Source: Paragordius varius (Eukaryota > Animalia > Nematomorpha). Taken from it: DNA of 64,000 nt. Positions 25,111 through 39,000 of this stretch are shown here, one piece after another (position 1 is the stretch's first letter; the number at the start of each line of letters is the position of its first letter). The stretch lies in NCBI GenBank assembly GCA_964247055.1, contig OZ176058.1:3534001-3598000 (forward strand), given 5' to 3'. The notes under the pieces are model-generated. The model was not told the DNA's origin. It made no database searches and saw only the letters and a program-made list of their open reading frames with translations. Made by a program: the position numbers and the translations under genes.

Positions 25111-26915
25111 CAGTGGTACTCACCAAAAAAATTTGACGGGCCAAATAAAACATATTTTTTTTTCCAGGGCCATGAACCTTATAATTGCAATGTTCCACTA
25201 TTTGACACATACGCATATATTTATACTCTAAATCAGCACAATGAATTTTTTGCGGGTCGCATGTAAATCAAGTTATAAACTCGTTTTGCACCATTTAGTT
25301 TTAAAAATTAAAATATTTTGATAACAACATTTATTTTGATATTAACCAATAATTTTTGACAAATTTGGTTTCCCCTCATGACAAGCCAATCTTAATACGT
25401 CATCCATATGATCATTGGTTAAGCGATTTCTGTATGTATTCTTGATATACTTTATTTTTGAATAGGCCCTCTCACACGTGTAAGTTGATGGAAAAACAGT
25501 TAATAACTTGAGCACATTTTTTATATTTTCTTATTTATTTGGCACATATTGCCAAAACTCTACATATATTTCTTCTCTGCGATTTTCCTTAAATATAGCT
25601 CACAAATTGAAATCATTAAAATCAACTAATTCTTCAAAAAGCGCCTCATCAAAACCGAAAAGCTCATGCTTAATGTTGGATATATCCATATGCCATGGAT
25701 TTTCAACGAGTTTTAAGCAATTTTTAATATTTTTTAATTCTTGAAATCTTCATCTCATTAGATAAAAATGTTAAATGATTGTATATTATTAAATTAATCT
25801 CCGCGGTCCATATTTTCTTTAATCGTTTTAAGTGTTGGAAAAGTAGGAGTGTTTTATATATAAAATCTTGTTATATATATTTTTTTTTTTAAAAAGCAAA
25901 TATATGATTAGCAAATTGGGTATTATTTTGCTCCCTTGAAGACTTGTATTAAAAGTACTAAGTTTATAAATAATGTCGCAAAGGTAGGATGATAAAACCC
26001 ACCATTTGTCACTATTATTTCCTCGTCAAACTTTCTGTTATCTTTTATAAATAATAGAATTTCATGTCTTATAACAAAATATCTATTTAATACTTTGCTA
26101 AGGCTTAGCCATCTCACAGCGGTGTACAAAAGAATATCATCAAACTCACTGTGGATATCTTTCTGAAGGTTTTTGATACGGCGGTTAAATTCTTTGCCAC
26201 GGATGTGGAAAGCCATGGAGATAATAGATTTTTTCTTTCTGGCATAATTCCTTAATCTTTTTATATTTTTCGTTTCTTACCTCATGATTTTCTGTTAATT
26301 TATGAGAATAATGAATTGTAAAATGTATTTCAATATTGTTTTTTTTATAATTATGTTGTCCCTACATATAAGGCAGGTAAACATTTTTATTTAAAACGAC
26401 AAAGAATTTTTCTTCCCATTCTTTTTTAAAGGAACGATTTTCATCGGATTATTTACGTTTTTAGCATTAGATGTCATTTTAATTAATGTTTAAATATTAT
26501 GTAAATGGAATATAATTTGAATTAGGCTATAATGTTGATTGAAAAATATTTTATGGGAATGAGTTATTAAAAATGATGTAGGATAGCAATGAAAATGTAT
26601 ATTCAAGTTTGGGTTCTTGCTTAAATACAAAAAAGAAATGCATTAAAAATAACAAAATAGAAAAGAAAATAGAATACAGAAACAATGTGTGCCAAAATTT
26701 TGAAATCATTTTAATGTAGGGAAATTTTTCTACATTTCCAATTGGCTAAAAAATAAAACTACCAAAATAAAGAAAATGAATTATTAAAATAAGCGAAAAT
26801 TTGTTTATGTTTATGTATATTTTAAAAATTCATCGATAAAAAAAATAATTTAAGTATCAACATGGTCATAGGGCAATTTTAAAGCACTCTTAGGTCCGCG
26901 GTTTGAGTACCACTG
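25111..26915 (-). mobile_element. Buster/Charlie-type hAT, internally deleted (1.8 kb)
   Basis: Perfect 12-bp TIR cagtggtactca/tgagtaccactg; ORF 25923..26216 LLYTAVRWLSLSKVLNRYFVIRHEI; dimerisation domain FPSTYTCERAYSKIKYIKNTYRNRLTNDHMDDVLRLA at ~25385-25510. Confidence 0.92.
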
Positions 26916-27161
26916 ATATAATTATTAACCTCTTTCGAAACAAAGGGTAATAATGTTTACAACAAACAAATATAAGATTATTTTCAATATTGTCAACTTT
27001 ATATCAAGTATAGTAATGATCGTGCTTAAATGTGACACCCAAAAGGTTTATGGGTGTGTTGCTCCTTAAATTTACCCTTATTATGTTTGAATTTTGGACA
27101 ATTCCGTGAGTTTGACATTACGTTGAGAAATTTTCGAATTTTTTAGCATTTAAAGAAATTA

Positions 27162-27203
<42 letters not shown>

Positions 27204-27213
27204 ATTGTGTTAG

Positions 27214-27431
27214 ATGTGAAAAGCTATCCAAACCTCAATGGGAAAAATGTTAGAGTGGATGGAAAAAGCTACACAATTTCAAGTGTTAAAAATGGTATAG
27301 CCATTGGAAACGGACTAATTATAGGAAAGACAAATTCAACATACTTGTTTGTAGTTTGTGATGTGGCAAGCATAAACGAAGTATCCCCACTTGTTGAAAC
27401 CACCATTGCGAAACTAAATGGAATCAAATAA
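27214..27431 (+). CDS. Divergent profilin-like protein, C-terminal exon
   Basis: VRVDGKSYTI..IAIGNGLIIGKTNSTYLFVVCD...VSPLVETTIAKL parallels the profilin pattern (G.kY...iyG..G+++.KT..++++.y....vVE.+a.yL); acceptor tgttag at 27213 (phase 1). 5' exon unresolved. Confidence 0.6.
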
Positions 27432-29578
27432 TTTATTATAACAAATTCGACTAAATTATTTATTAAACTGTTTACTCCTTATCACAACCCTAAATTATTT
27501 TTCGCACTAAAACTTAATGAATATTGTGTTATTTCTAAATAATTCCGCATAAATAAATGTATTTCAAATAACCTTGGTATATAAGTTAGGTTTATTAATT
27601 CAGTGTAATGCATTACGTATAATATGAGTAAAGCTTATCATTGAATCGCTTATTTATACATTATAAAAATCTTAAGCAGTTGAGGGTAGCTTATGCTGCA
27701 AAAGCTACATGTAATAGATATAAAACAAAAAAATGAATTTCAAGGCATTAAATGAGGAGGTGATTATACATTTTGCCCATTATATCAGCGCAATAAATAA
27801 AATTAATGCAAAAGATGGATGCCTCCAAAATGAGATGAAGATTTTTACAATTTTACATTTTTTCTAAAAAAATTTACATCAAGCGCCTAAAAAGGTTAAA
27901 GAGGCATATTTTTAATGGCTATGAAAATATTTTTTTGGATATTTAAATTTTAAATCGCCGTGGGGCATAAAACCACACCCCAAAAGGTCATGAAGTGTTA
28001 AGAGAGTGAAATCTTTTCTACAAACCCAATTTTTCACAGTTAATTTAAACTGAGAAATTGTAAAAAACCTAAAAGATACAAATATTATTTTAATAATCCC
28101 ATACTTTTTAAAATTTAATATTTTAATAAAAAAATGGTGAATAAAAATTTAAATGTTAACCTTTACCTTTTTACGTTTTGCCTGTATAATTCGTTTTCTA
28201 CTGTATTGGAAATTATATAATGGAAAAAATAACCGTTTTTTAACAGAAATTTGGGGAAAAAATATACTTAAATTTTTTAATTTTTATCTTTATAATTTAT
28301 ATTTTTAATCTACCCACTTAATACACAATGACCCCTTTTATCGCAATGAATTATACTAAAATAAAAATTATACGGACAAAACATCAAAACTAAAAGACAA
28401 ACATTGTTTTAATATTTGATATTGCATAGGAATTATTTTAAAATTTTTAATGATATACAATGCTGTATACTTTTATTTAGTAATAAGATTTAATAAATTG
28501 TTCAAGTTGTAAAAAATATTTGTTGAAAAATGGACAAAAACAAGAGCTCTATGAGAAGAATACTATAATTATTTATGAAATTTAACACTTGGATACAACA
28601 CATTCATTTCAATCCTTCGATTCAAATTAGGGTCGTTAGATACCCCAGGCCTGTTAAATATTCAATACTTTAAAAAATGTGGAAGGAATTGAAACCATGG
28701 AAAATGTTTGCATTTATATAACATTAATAAAATGAAATATAAAAAAAGTATTCAGAATACTTGATATTATTCATTTCAAACAAAATCCAAAGTATAAAAA
28801 TTTGGTTATAAATGATATAAATACATTAGCTAAATTTATGAATAATACATAATAAAGCACTTTTTTTGACCTTAAATTTAGAAAAATTAAATAAACACGA
28901 TATAATGTAAAAAATGTGTAAAATAAAATTGCTAGTTTGATATGGAATTTATTTTTCAAAACTAAATTCTATTTAGGTTTTTTATTTATATAATTTTTAT
29001 TAGGATAGAAGCATAAATTTTAATTAGGAACGTTTCTTTCAGTGGTTTTGAAAATATCAATTTGAATAGATTTTAGAATATTTAGATACCCTAATTTGAA
29101 TCTGAGTGTTAAAAATGCCAGGCTGGAAACTGCTTATAAATTTAAACATCATTTATTAGGGGAAATTAAGAAAGATTTGGTTTTTCTTTCATCGCACAAT
29201 CGTTTGAGTTTGATTGTTCCTAGTATAAAAAACTTCTGTTTTTTTTTCAAAATAAAATTTTTATCGTGTTTAAGTTGTGGTAAGTTGTCAAACTCACAAA
29301 TGTATTTTTATTTCATTAAACATTATTTGATAGTATTTTAAAACTTTTAGTCGTATAAAACGCATTCAGTTGATTATGTATTTTTATGAAGAATGCTATT
29401 TTAATATAAATCAACAATATTCATTCAACCTGTTTTCCATTATATATATATAAATATATATATATAGATTATATAAATAGATTTCCATATTTGATCGTTT
29501 ATATTTTTGTTTGAGGTTACCTTTTATTGTGATGTATATTTGAATATATTTTTCTAATAAATGATTTATAATTTTTTT

Positions 29579-29848
29579 ATACCATTTACAGTTCAAATTT
29601 ACCCTTGAACAATTTAATACAACCCTTAATCAATTCAAATTCACCCTTGAACAATTTAAATTTACCCTTAAATAAATTATATTGTAAAATAAATTTTGTT
29701 TAAAATTAATATAATGTGGAAAAAATAATTAAATATGTCATAAAAATATATTTTATATAATGATGAGTTATATAAGCCCGAAAACATTTAATTAATTTTG
29801 AGGATGAATTTGAATTGTTAAAGGGTGAATTTGAATTGTACATGGTAT
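29579..29848. mobile_element. MITE, same ATACCATTTACA family
   Basis: ataccatttacagttcaaatt ... ttgaattgtacatggtat inverted termini with repeated cccttgaac units. Confidence 0.7.
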
Positions 29849-30345
29849 ATCCCAATTTATTTTCATATTCTGCGATTACGAGAATTTATGTTTTATCAAA
29901 TAAATTTAACATCACAATCATTTTTTTTTAAAAAAAAACAAAAATAGCAATAAAAATTTGGTAAAAAAATTATGGTGGATTCAGATAAAAGTTAATATTT
30001 TATTTTTTTTTCCATTTTCCATTAACAATTTTTTCATTTTTTCCATACACGACAGCGTTGCAGATTGGCCTACTGTTGTGTGAAATTAGCAACCATTAAA
30101 ATGCATACTGTATAACACTATTTTTAAATAAAGGGCTAATTATTAGTGTTTTTGCTATGTAAACACATTTTTACAATATAAGATTTTCGCTGACCATCGC
30201 CCACACTTCTTAAAAATTTTTTTTATTAAATATAATTTTTCGTTACTCCCATAGAGCTCTTGTTTTTCCATTCTTTAACAAATATTTTTTACGACTTGAA
30301 CATATCCTTATATGGAAACCATTGAGTAATCCATGTAATAAACTA

Positions 30346-30601
30346 CAGTAAAAATTTAAAATACACGGAAAAAAAAGTAATAATATAAAGACACATATTT
30401 TTTTCTAAAGACAACCATACTTTAAAAATCTTGATTTTTTTAATTATAACTTATTATTTAATGCAAAGTTTGAAATAGATATATTTTACTAACACATTCA
30501 ATTTTATATTTAACAATCATAGTTAAATAGCTTATAAAGGAAATTAAGGTTTGAAAGAGTATGGTTGTCATATGAAAAAGATTGTCTTTACATATTTACT
30601 G
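30346..30601. mobile_element. Tc1/mariner-type MITE, clearest copy
   Basis: TA|CAGTAAA...TTTACTG|TA with inverted aaagacaaccatac/gtatggttgtc arms. Confidence 0.75.
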
Positions 30602-30933
30602 TAAAATTAATCCAATGCCTATTTTCAATTAGGTATTAGGTAGGGCTTCTCACTAAAAAAACCATATATAAATTTAAAACTAATTTTCAAAAAATCTATT
30701 AAACCATACGATTGCTATTTTCTGCAGAAACTCATTTTTACAAAAACTCCTAAAATACTTTAATGATTGCTTCAAACTAGGGTTCCAGGCACAACGGTTT
30801 CACATTCTACATTTCTTAAAAATCTAGCGGTCCGAATAAAAAATATAATCACATGGACATTAATAAATATTTTATTAAAAAAATAAAACTAATATGCATA
30901 TTTCACCCATGTTATTTGCCAACAACTTTTAAC

Positions 30934-30972
30934 TTAACTTTCGTGGCCTTTTGGGGTAATTTTTACCCCAGG
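30934..30972 (+). mobile_element. piggyBac-like terminus
   Basis: ttaa followed by ctttcgtggcc..ggggtaatttttacccc; no partner end or transposase seen. Confidence 0.3.
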
Positions 30973-31158
30973 TCCATTTAAAATTTAAATACTAACACAA
31001 AATACTTTTGACATTGGGCCAAATTAATATACGCTTTTAGCCGCATGTTAAAAATATGAAATTGTAAAAAATCCTCATCACAAACTTTTTCGCTGTTATT
31101 CATTTTAAAATCCCTAATGCATGAGGATATGTATATTATGCTTATAATAAAGAGATAA

Positions 31159-32011
31159 GGGTTTGTAAATATATTTAAACCAAGACAACTTCAAGCTGAA
31201 ATCGCCCCATCCCTAACTCATTGGAATAATCCCGCCACTGCTTTAATCGCAAAAAAGGTTTTAGAGATGGCTCTTTTGAGTATCTAGTCCGTGTATAAAA
31301 TTAAATAATGACAGAGCTCTTGCCTTTTTCCACAAAAGATTCTTTGGATAGCCACCCCTTTCCTCCAATCTTTAAGACGAAGGGAGAATTCAGGTTAATA
31401 ATCACCAAAAAAAAAATACTAGCATTGTTTTCCGATTGCTTCAAAAAATTACCCAAGAAAATCGTAAACAAGTCAGAAAATGCATTATCAAGCACAGAGA
31501 GAACATTTAATAGCTTTTTGTAATAGTATATGATATATAAGAATTGACCCTTTTTCCCCTTTGACTTATGAATTTTGAACCCAAACTATAATAAGAAATA
31601 TAATGCTTATTATATAATACCTTTTTCAAAATGGTAAATAACAACACAAATAGCTTCGACTCCACAAATGGAGAATAGTTATCAAATATACATGAATGAA
31701 GAAATAAAAAATAATCTGTTTATATGCATTACTTTAAAAAATAATTAATGCGTGAATAAATTATTTAGTCCTAACCCAAATCATAGAATCAGCTGTGTTG
31801 TGATTTTTCTATTTTCAATTTACTATTTAGTAAATAATCATTTACAATATATTTAAAGCAAAATAAACATACTTAAGTTTACAGACATAATGTAAAAGGT
31901 TATGGGGATAATTTATAATGCCTATAATAGGATAACTTCCGAGTAGACGATATTCCTCCCAAATTCCGAAATAGTTCACCCATCCCGCCAACGGATCACG
32001 AAATAGATTGA
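31159..32011 (+). CDS. Candidate exons of an unknown gene (31159..31279, 31315..31523; separate terminal-like exon 31931..32011)
   Basis: GC-enriched open frames; removing a 35-nt GT-AG intron joins FVNIFKPRQLQAEI..VLEMALL to KLLPFSTKDS..NSFL*; tag|DNFRVDDIPPKFRNSSPIPPTDHEID*. No recognisable domain. Confidence 0.25.
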
Positions 32012-32729
32012 ATTCATATATGTTTACAATGTAAAAAGATAATAAATATAAGTATCTAAAAATATTTATATCTGTAAAATAGACATAATATAGGCCGTTT
32101 GCCCAAAAAATAATCTAATAAATCTTAGGTTGTTAAAACAATCAACAGAATCATTAACCGAGTCAGCGCACAAAATTTAGGGGCTATATAAAATAGCTCT
32201 ATATATTATATATATTCTGATAGAATATATCCTGAAATTCATGTTGATTTTGGTGTTAAGTCTTACGAGCAATATGAGAAATGAAATTTATTACAATTTT
32301 TGTGGTGGTTACCACTTCAACAAAATATTTGGGCATATTTTCATAAATTAATTTTTTGGCGAAAGCTAGATGCGTCATAAAATATCTAATATTATATATA
32401 TAAAAGGATAACTTTGTTTTTATACAATTTTGAATTGTAAATGGGGGTTACAAAAGCCCAAAATTTGTCGGACTCATCTAAAACGGGACAAACAAATGCT
32501 CGAATACCGGATAAAAGTTAAAAAATTTTAATTCATAAATTATTTTCTCGAAAATTAAATTTTTTGCCTTAAATTTCCATTTATATAGTAAAATTTTGAT
32601 TAAGAAGTATGGTCGAAACGGTAAATATAGTTTATGATATTATGACAACACTTTTCCGATATAATTGTCCAGTGGTATATATAAAGTGTATATATTCTGA
32701 TAGGAAAACGCGGGATATCATGGTGTTAT

Positions 32730-32763
32730 TGACTCGTAGATCATAATTATGATCTACGAGTCA
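32730..32763. repeat. Perfect 34-bp spacerless palindrome
   Basis: tgactcgtagatcataa|ttatgatctacgagtca. Confidence 0.9.
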
Positions 32764-35234
32764 GTTAAGAATGTTTTTTTGTGGCAAGTGCTACAATCAT
32801 AAAATGGTAAATTTGCCATTGAAATAATTTTTTTTGGTGAAAGGTACTTATTTTGATATAATATGACCAAAATATATTTAACTACATGAAACAAAACTAT
32901 ATTTTTAAAAAAGTTAATTTAAGTCCAAAATATTTTCGCTGTTTTAAAATGTAATATAAACGCAAAAATGATCGAATTCTGCGATAAAAATTCCAAATAT
33001 ATCCAAATTTTGATATCAAATAAAAATATTTTAAAAAAATGCAATCTTTTTTTATAATATAATTTTTAACTTTTGTTGAAGAGTTCTTACAGTGAGGATC
33101 GAAGAAACAGTATATAAATGCTTTAAAATTAATACACTTTCCTATTTTATTCGATGATGGTAAACATTTTTAATCGCTTCTTATAATTTTAAAACTCTCG
33201 CTTTAATTTGGGTAAAAACAGCAAAATTCTTCTTAAAACCTCTAATCTTTTTAAAGAGAATCACTATTTTATTATTAAAATACCACTAAAATCGTTTCTA
33301 AAAGCCGTTAAACTTTATTACCAAAAACTTCCACTTGAATGACTACTAACCTTTATTATGAATCTCCAAGGTTTTTAAAAAACACAAAATTCCTTTTTAA
33401 TATCAGCAAATTCTTGTATAACCGGAATCTTTTATTAAACAACCCCTATAGTTTAGTTAATATTGGCTAATTTTTTTTTAATTTACCGCTAATTTAAAAA
33501 AATTACTAATTTTTTTATTAAAATACTGTTTATAATAATCAGATACTATCATTTATTACTATTAAATTGACTATTTATATATTTTTCTTCATTTCATTAA
33601 TTTATAATGATGTTGTGTCCGACACAAAAATCGACCCAAAGTTTAACTTAGAATGAAAACAATGTTTACAATATATTTTCCCTAAGTTATCTATTTTGAA
33701 AATAATTTTAGGTTTTTACAAGCGGAAAGTTAAAACCGCATTTTAAAATATGTTTTTTAAATACCTTTATTGTAGAATTGATTAATATTTAACATGTTTT
33801 ATATATATATATATATATATATCTTAAATTTAATATGTTTTTATATATATTTCTCATTTTTATCAGAAATTATACATTAATTAAATTTAGTATTTACCTT
33901 TATTTAACGTTTTTTCTATTTTATTGCTAGGAAACAGATCAAATAGCCAGTAGCCCGCTAAACAATTAAAGCAAAATAAATATTCAAGTATTTATTTTTT
34001 TTCGTTATCTTACAATCATATTTTTGTTAAATAGGTTTTAATAAGTTATGTAAAGTTAGTTAGTACAAAAAGGTAGATTTAATACTAATTGCATTTATAT
34101 CTATCAATTTTTTAGCGGTTATATGATATTAGTAGGTAGGCGTTTATATAAAATTATTAATTAATTTATCTCTAAAAAATTATTTGCATAAAGTTTTGAC
34201 GTGTGACTGGTTTTCAATTTTTTTATGTGTAGCATACGCCTCTAGGAAATGTCTTAAGATCACAATATTATTTGATTCATAAACAGGATTTATTCTATTA
34301 TATTATTTCTAATTTACTTTGGCAAATATAAGATATATCGTTAAATTCCTCTATGTAAAAAATGCGATATAGGTTTAAAGCACTTTAAGGGTTTCGAGTT
34401 TGTGGGCTAGGGTTAGGGTGAGGGATTGGAGTTGGTTCATTTTATTAAAGAAGTCCGCAGGACTTCCTCGGGCTGCGAAGCAGGCCGAGACCCACGCATT
34501 TCTTTTTAAATTAAATCTTTGTCTCAGAATTTTTTAGCTTTTGATTTATTTTAAGGAAGGTTTAATTTTACACCATTTAATATAAACATTATCTAAATTT
34601 TATTTGACCGCAAACTTTTCAATGCACAGATCATATGCTATTTTTATTGCGGTGTTTGGTTGATAGAATATTAAAGCATCCGAGTTTATGGGCTGGGGTT
34701 ATGTAAATCATTTATTTTTTAATGGTTTTGTACTAAAATTGCTCTACTAAAGCTGATTTTGGGTTTTAATTATGGAAGTAAACTGCTAATTTGTAAAGTA
34801 ACCGCAAAGATATATATATAAAGTAGAATGATTTTACTGATCGAAATTAAAGGCTTTCGAGTTTGGGTTGGCCTTAGCTAAAGTAAAGGAATTTTTAATA
34901 AGTTGCGTATCCTTATTCCTTGGGTTTTAATTACGGAAATCGATTTCTAAATAACTACTAATTTGTGAAGTAACCGCAAATTTAAATTTTAAAGCGATTT
35001 TTTCTGTATTATGACGTTTAAATCTCCTAATTTGGTCTTTTCGGGACAATTTAGCTATTTTTTTTTACCGGGTTTGATTAATCTATGTTAAATATTTTAA
35101 GGCGAGTTTGTGGGCTAGGGTTATGCGGGTTGTTTTCATTTTATTAATAACTGCCGAATTATAATAAACTGCAAAATGAATTTTATGCTAATATTATCTA
35201 ACATCGAATCTAATAATATTTTTTATACATCAGA

Positions 35235-36057
35235 TGAGAACAAATTGCACAGAAATAAAGCTAACTCACACAAGAATGAATATGAAACTTATGACTACTA
35301 CGCAAGAATCACGCAAGAATGAATATGAAACTAATGATTAACTACTCAAGAAACAAAACTCACTCACACAAGAATGAATAATTCTAAGTCCAAAATTTTT
35401 TTTTGAGCGTCCGGGAGTAAGAGTGCTCAAAACAAAATTTTGGACTTAGGGGCCTGACACTCTCTCTAATGCGAGAAATAAATCCTCCTTCACAAGATTG
35501 GGGAAAACAACTCTCAAATAAGAGCTGATTCTCCCCACTAATGTGAAGGGGGATTTATTCCTCCCATTAGAGAGTTATCAGGCCCAAAAACTCTCCACAA
35601 GTATAACGAGAGTTTCAAGCCGAAGAGTGATCCCATCAATCAGAGGCGCGTTTCTCTCCATAGACTTGTTAGGTTCCGTGGAGGTCCCCGAGAGCTTGCT
35701 CCGTTTCAACCGATCCCATTTTCCCAATGAGTCAATTCACACCTAAATATTAGGTTTACCTCGTAATCCGTAGGCTCCTCCCGCTTCATGTGTTGTCCCA
35801 TAATCGGCCAATCCCATATCGCCTGCATTAGACCTCCCCAGGGCTTCTGGAATCCGTGTTGTACGCCTTTCCCATAGAGTTTATCCCAATACACCTAAAT
35901 TATACATTTACCTCGTAATCAGCAGGCTTTTTTCGGTTCGCTCCTTCATTCACCCACGAATCCTTGGTTGCTAGTCTTGAATCACGTCCCCATCCCTGGT
36001 TGCCATTGGAGAAGAAGGCCTAAAGCCTTCAAATTAGCTTTTTTAATCAGCCTCTAC
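35235..36057. other. Second identical copy of the GC-rich hairpin island
   Basis: Lies inside the identical block at offset 32012. Confidence 0.55.
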
Positions 36058-39000
36058 ATATAAATATTTTTCTGATTGCAATCATAGGTGCTTAGCTTAC
36101 CCAATATATCCATATATCTACTCTTGCTTTCCAAATTACAAATTTCAGAAACAAAGAATTTTATGGACACTCATGCTTGTCTCTTAGATTTTCTTTTTAT
36201 AAATTCTGCCTCTATTTGCTAGCTCAATTCTATATTATATGCTCTCTTTATCTATTTAATCAGCGGAATTGGTTGGAATAGCTTATTATATTTTATATCG
36301 GATTGTTATATCTATATGTATCCCCTGCCTAAAATATGATATATTAAATTTTCACATGGAACGCATAAGTTCATTCAATTCATATGAACCACACTAGTAG
36401 TTTGGCATATTCACATGAAGGGATTTTTATTTCTGCTTTTCAAGATGAAAGAAATTCAACTCCAAAAATACGATGTAATGGCGAAGTGTTATCAAAATAC
36501 AAAGGAAAATTATTTTATTTGCTTGGATAAGATGCATGTTATTTGGATTATACATACACAAAATGCAATTCAAACTAAAAATATTTGAATTTAGCACAAA
36601 AATACTCCTTAAATTTAAAAAACTTTGATTACATTGAAAACAATAATAGCAATCTGAAATCAAAGCAAATTTTATAAGAGTACCCTGGGAATTTCAGCGA
36701 TATACACTCAGACCAATCATTTAATAATTATAATAAGGATAAAAATCAAAATAATTTTATTGGTAATCAGGATCATGATCTGAATAATACAGAAAGGGTA
36801 ATTTAAAGATTTGATTTTAACTTTTTAAATATAAATATGATTGATTATTCGAGTTGGGTTTATTTATAAATACATTAAATAGTAAAACTAATTTTGAATT
36901 TTAATGTTTTGTGAAAATATATATATAAGTGACAATGAATTTTTAATATTATTTTATTCATCATAGGTACGAAAAACTTTTTCTTATCAAAATTAATTTT
37001 TTATTTTTGTAGAACAATGTGATGGACATGAATAGCAATTAAAACAAATTATTTTTGAATTGCAATTTTAAAACCAACTTTCTATCTCGGAGGCTTATTA
37101 TGTGAAAGGAAAACTACCAACCATTTCCCCGAATATAGTTGTTGAATACAAGCAAATTGTTTTTACGAAACAAAATATACGTCAAGTTAAACAACGCAAA
37201 CTGCTTAGAGATGTTATGAGGAGGTCGGTAGTTTTTTTTGTTACTGTTTTTTTAATATATCATTTACTTTGAAACAATTAAAAATTTATGAAATACTTGT
37301 GCTTTGAATTATCAGTTGTGTTTAATTATCAGGTATTTTTTATTAATTACATATTTATTATTTATTTTTAAATATCAGTCTTAAATTTTTACAAAGTTCA
37401 TCTTTTTTTGATTTTAATAATTAATGTTATACAGATAAAAGGAATTAAAAAGCAAATATTTTTTATAACCATGTTTTTTGTAAGCTTGCTATTACTTAAT
37501 AACTTAAATGATAATTATTTTAAAAATATTTGGGTATTTAATTTACATATCATTTTCTTGTTATTAGCCTAGAACAAAAAAAATTGTTTTTAAAAAGTAT
37601 GGTGTCATCTTCAAAAAATTCTCTTTTAGTTTTAATTTAGCTCTAACTTTTTATATCGCATATAACTTAATTATATTTTTATCGCGTATAAATATGTAGT
37701 GCAATTATAAGGTATAAATCATTTTTTGCTAAACAGGTTATAAAAAATTTCTTTTGTAAAGTAAAAAATATGGGAACCTTATACAGTAAAAACTATAATT
37801 ATACGGACAAAAAGTAAAAATATAAAGACAAATATCTTTTTCTAAAGGCAAATATTTTATATTAAAAGACAACCATAATTTTTGTGTATTGATGATTGTA
37901 TTTTATAATTTTTATAGGATAGATTAAGTTTTAAAAGTATTAGTTGTAATGTGTAAATTGGAAACAAAGTGGTTCTTGAAGGAGCTGATTTATAAAAAAT
38001 AAAAACGGATTAATATGCTAATATTTGTACGATTTATAGTAAAAATAATATAAAGACAAATATTTTTTTTCTCAAAGACAACCATGCTTTATTATAGATA
38101 CCATTTAGAGTTCTAATTCACCCTTGAACAAATTTGAATTTACCATCAAACAATTTAAATTCACCTTAAAATAAGTTATGTGTTTTTTAAGACTGAAAAA
38201 ACACAACTTATTTTGGAATATTTTTAAAATAAGAAATTTTATTTAAAAATATAATGCTGTAATAAACTATGTAGTAAAAATATATTTCCAATTAATAATG
38301 ATCCCGAAAACACATAATTTATTTTTAGGGGGAATTTGAATTGTTCAAGGGCCAATTTGAATTGTAAATGGTATATAAAGTTTCCCATTTATATTTTTAC
38401 AAATATAAACTCTATTTCATACTTTGTAATTAAAAACAATTATTTATAATATTTCAGAATCTGAGGATGAAAAAGTTTAATCTTTTAAAATATATGTCCT
38501 TATATTTTTACGCCTTATCCGTATTTAATATTAATTTTATTGTAAATCAGTGGTACGCACTAAAATTTTTGAAGGTCGGAAAATTTTTTTTAATCTTGTC
38601 TCAGGAGCTGTGGACAATATAATATGGGGATAAAATTTTATAGTTGTTTAATAACACATTTGTAGATGTTTATACTCAATAAATTTCCATAAAAAAGACC
38701 CTATGCGGCCAGTGGGCCGCGGTTTGAGTAAAACTAATTATTTTAATTTTATACGTTATACAAAGTCGCCTATAATTGCATATAATTAATCTTTGACATA
38801 AACGGAAAAAGAATTAAAATTGTTGAGTATTTATATCAAATTTTTATTACGTATATTTATTTGTATGTATGTAGATTTGGATTCGGTAAACCTAAAATGT
38901 GCGCTAAGAATGCTGCCCGGTCAGCTTCCGAAAGACAATTTAAAAAGGTTGGAGGACTTAACAAGCAATGGACTTGTTTGAAAGATCCCCTTGGTTTAAA

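Larger units (their letters stand above)
1202..30115 (+). repeat. Segmental duplication, copy A (partner 33214..57450)
   Basis: ORF pairs recur (3531/35543, 3694/35706, 4415/36427 identical at offset 32012; 9928/42016, 17651/48843, 20898/52152 similar). Homology starts at aaaaacagcaaaattc (1202/33214) and is last seen near 30110/57450. The block 22793..27780 is absent from copy B. Confidence 0.95.

Noticed and set aside
31308-31523. PIFKTKGEFRLII resembling an RT or telomerase motif
   Set aside because: Single short motif; no downstream RT motifs.
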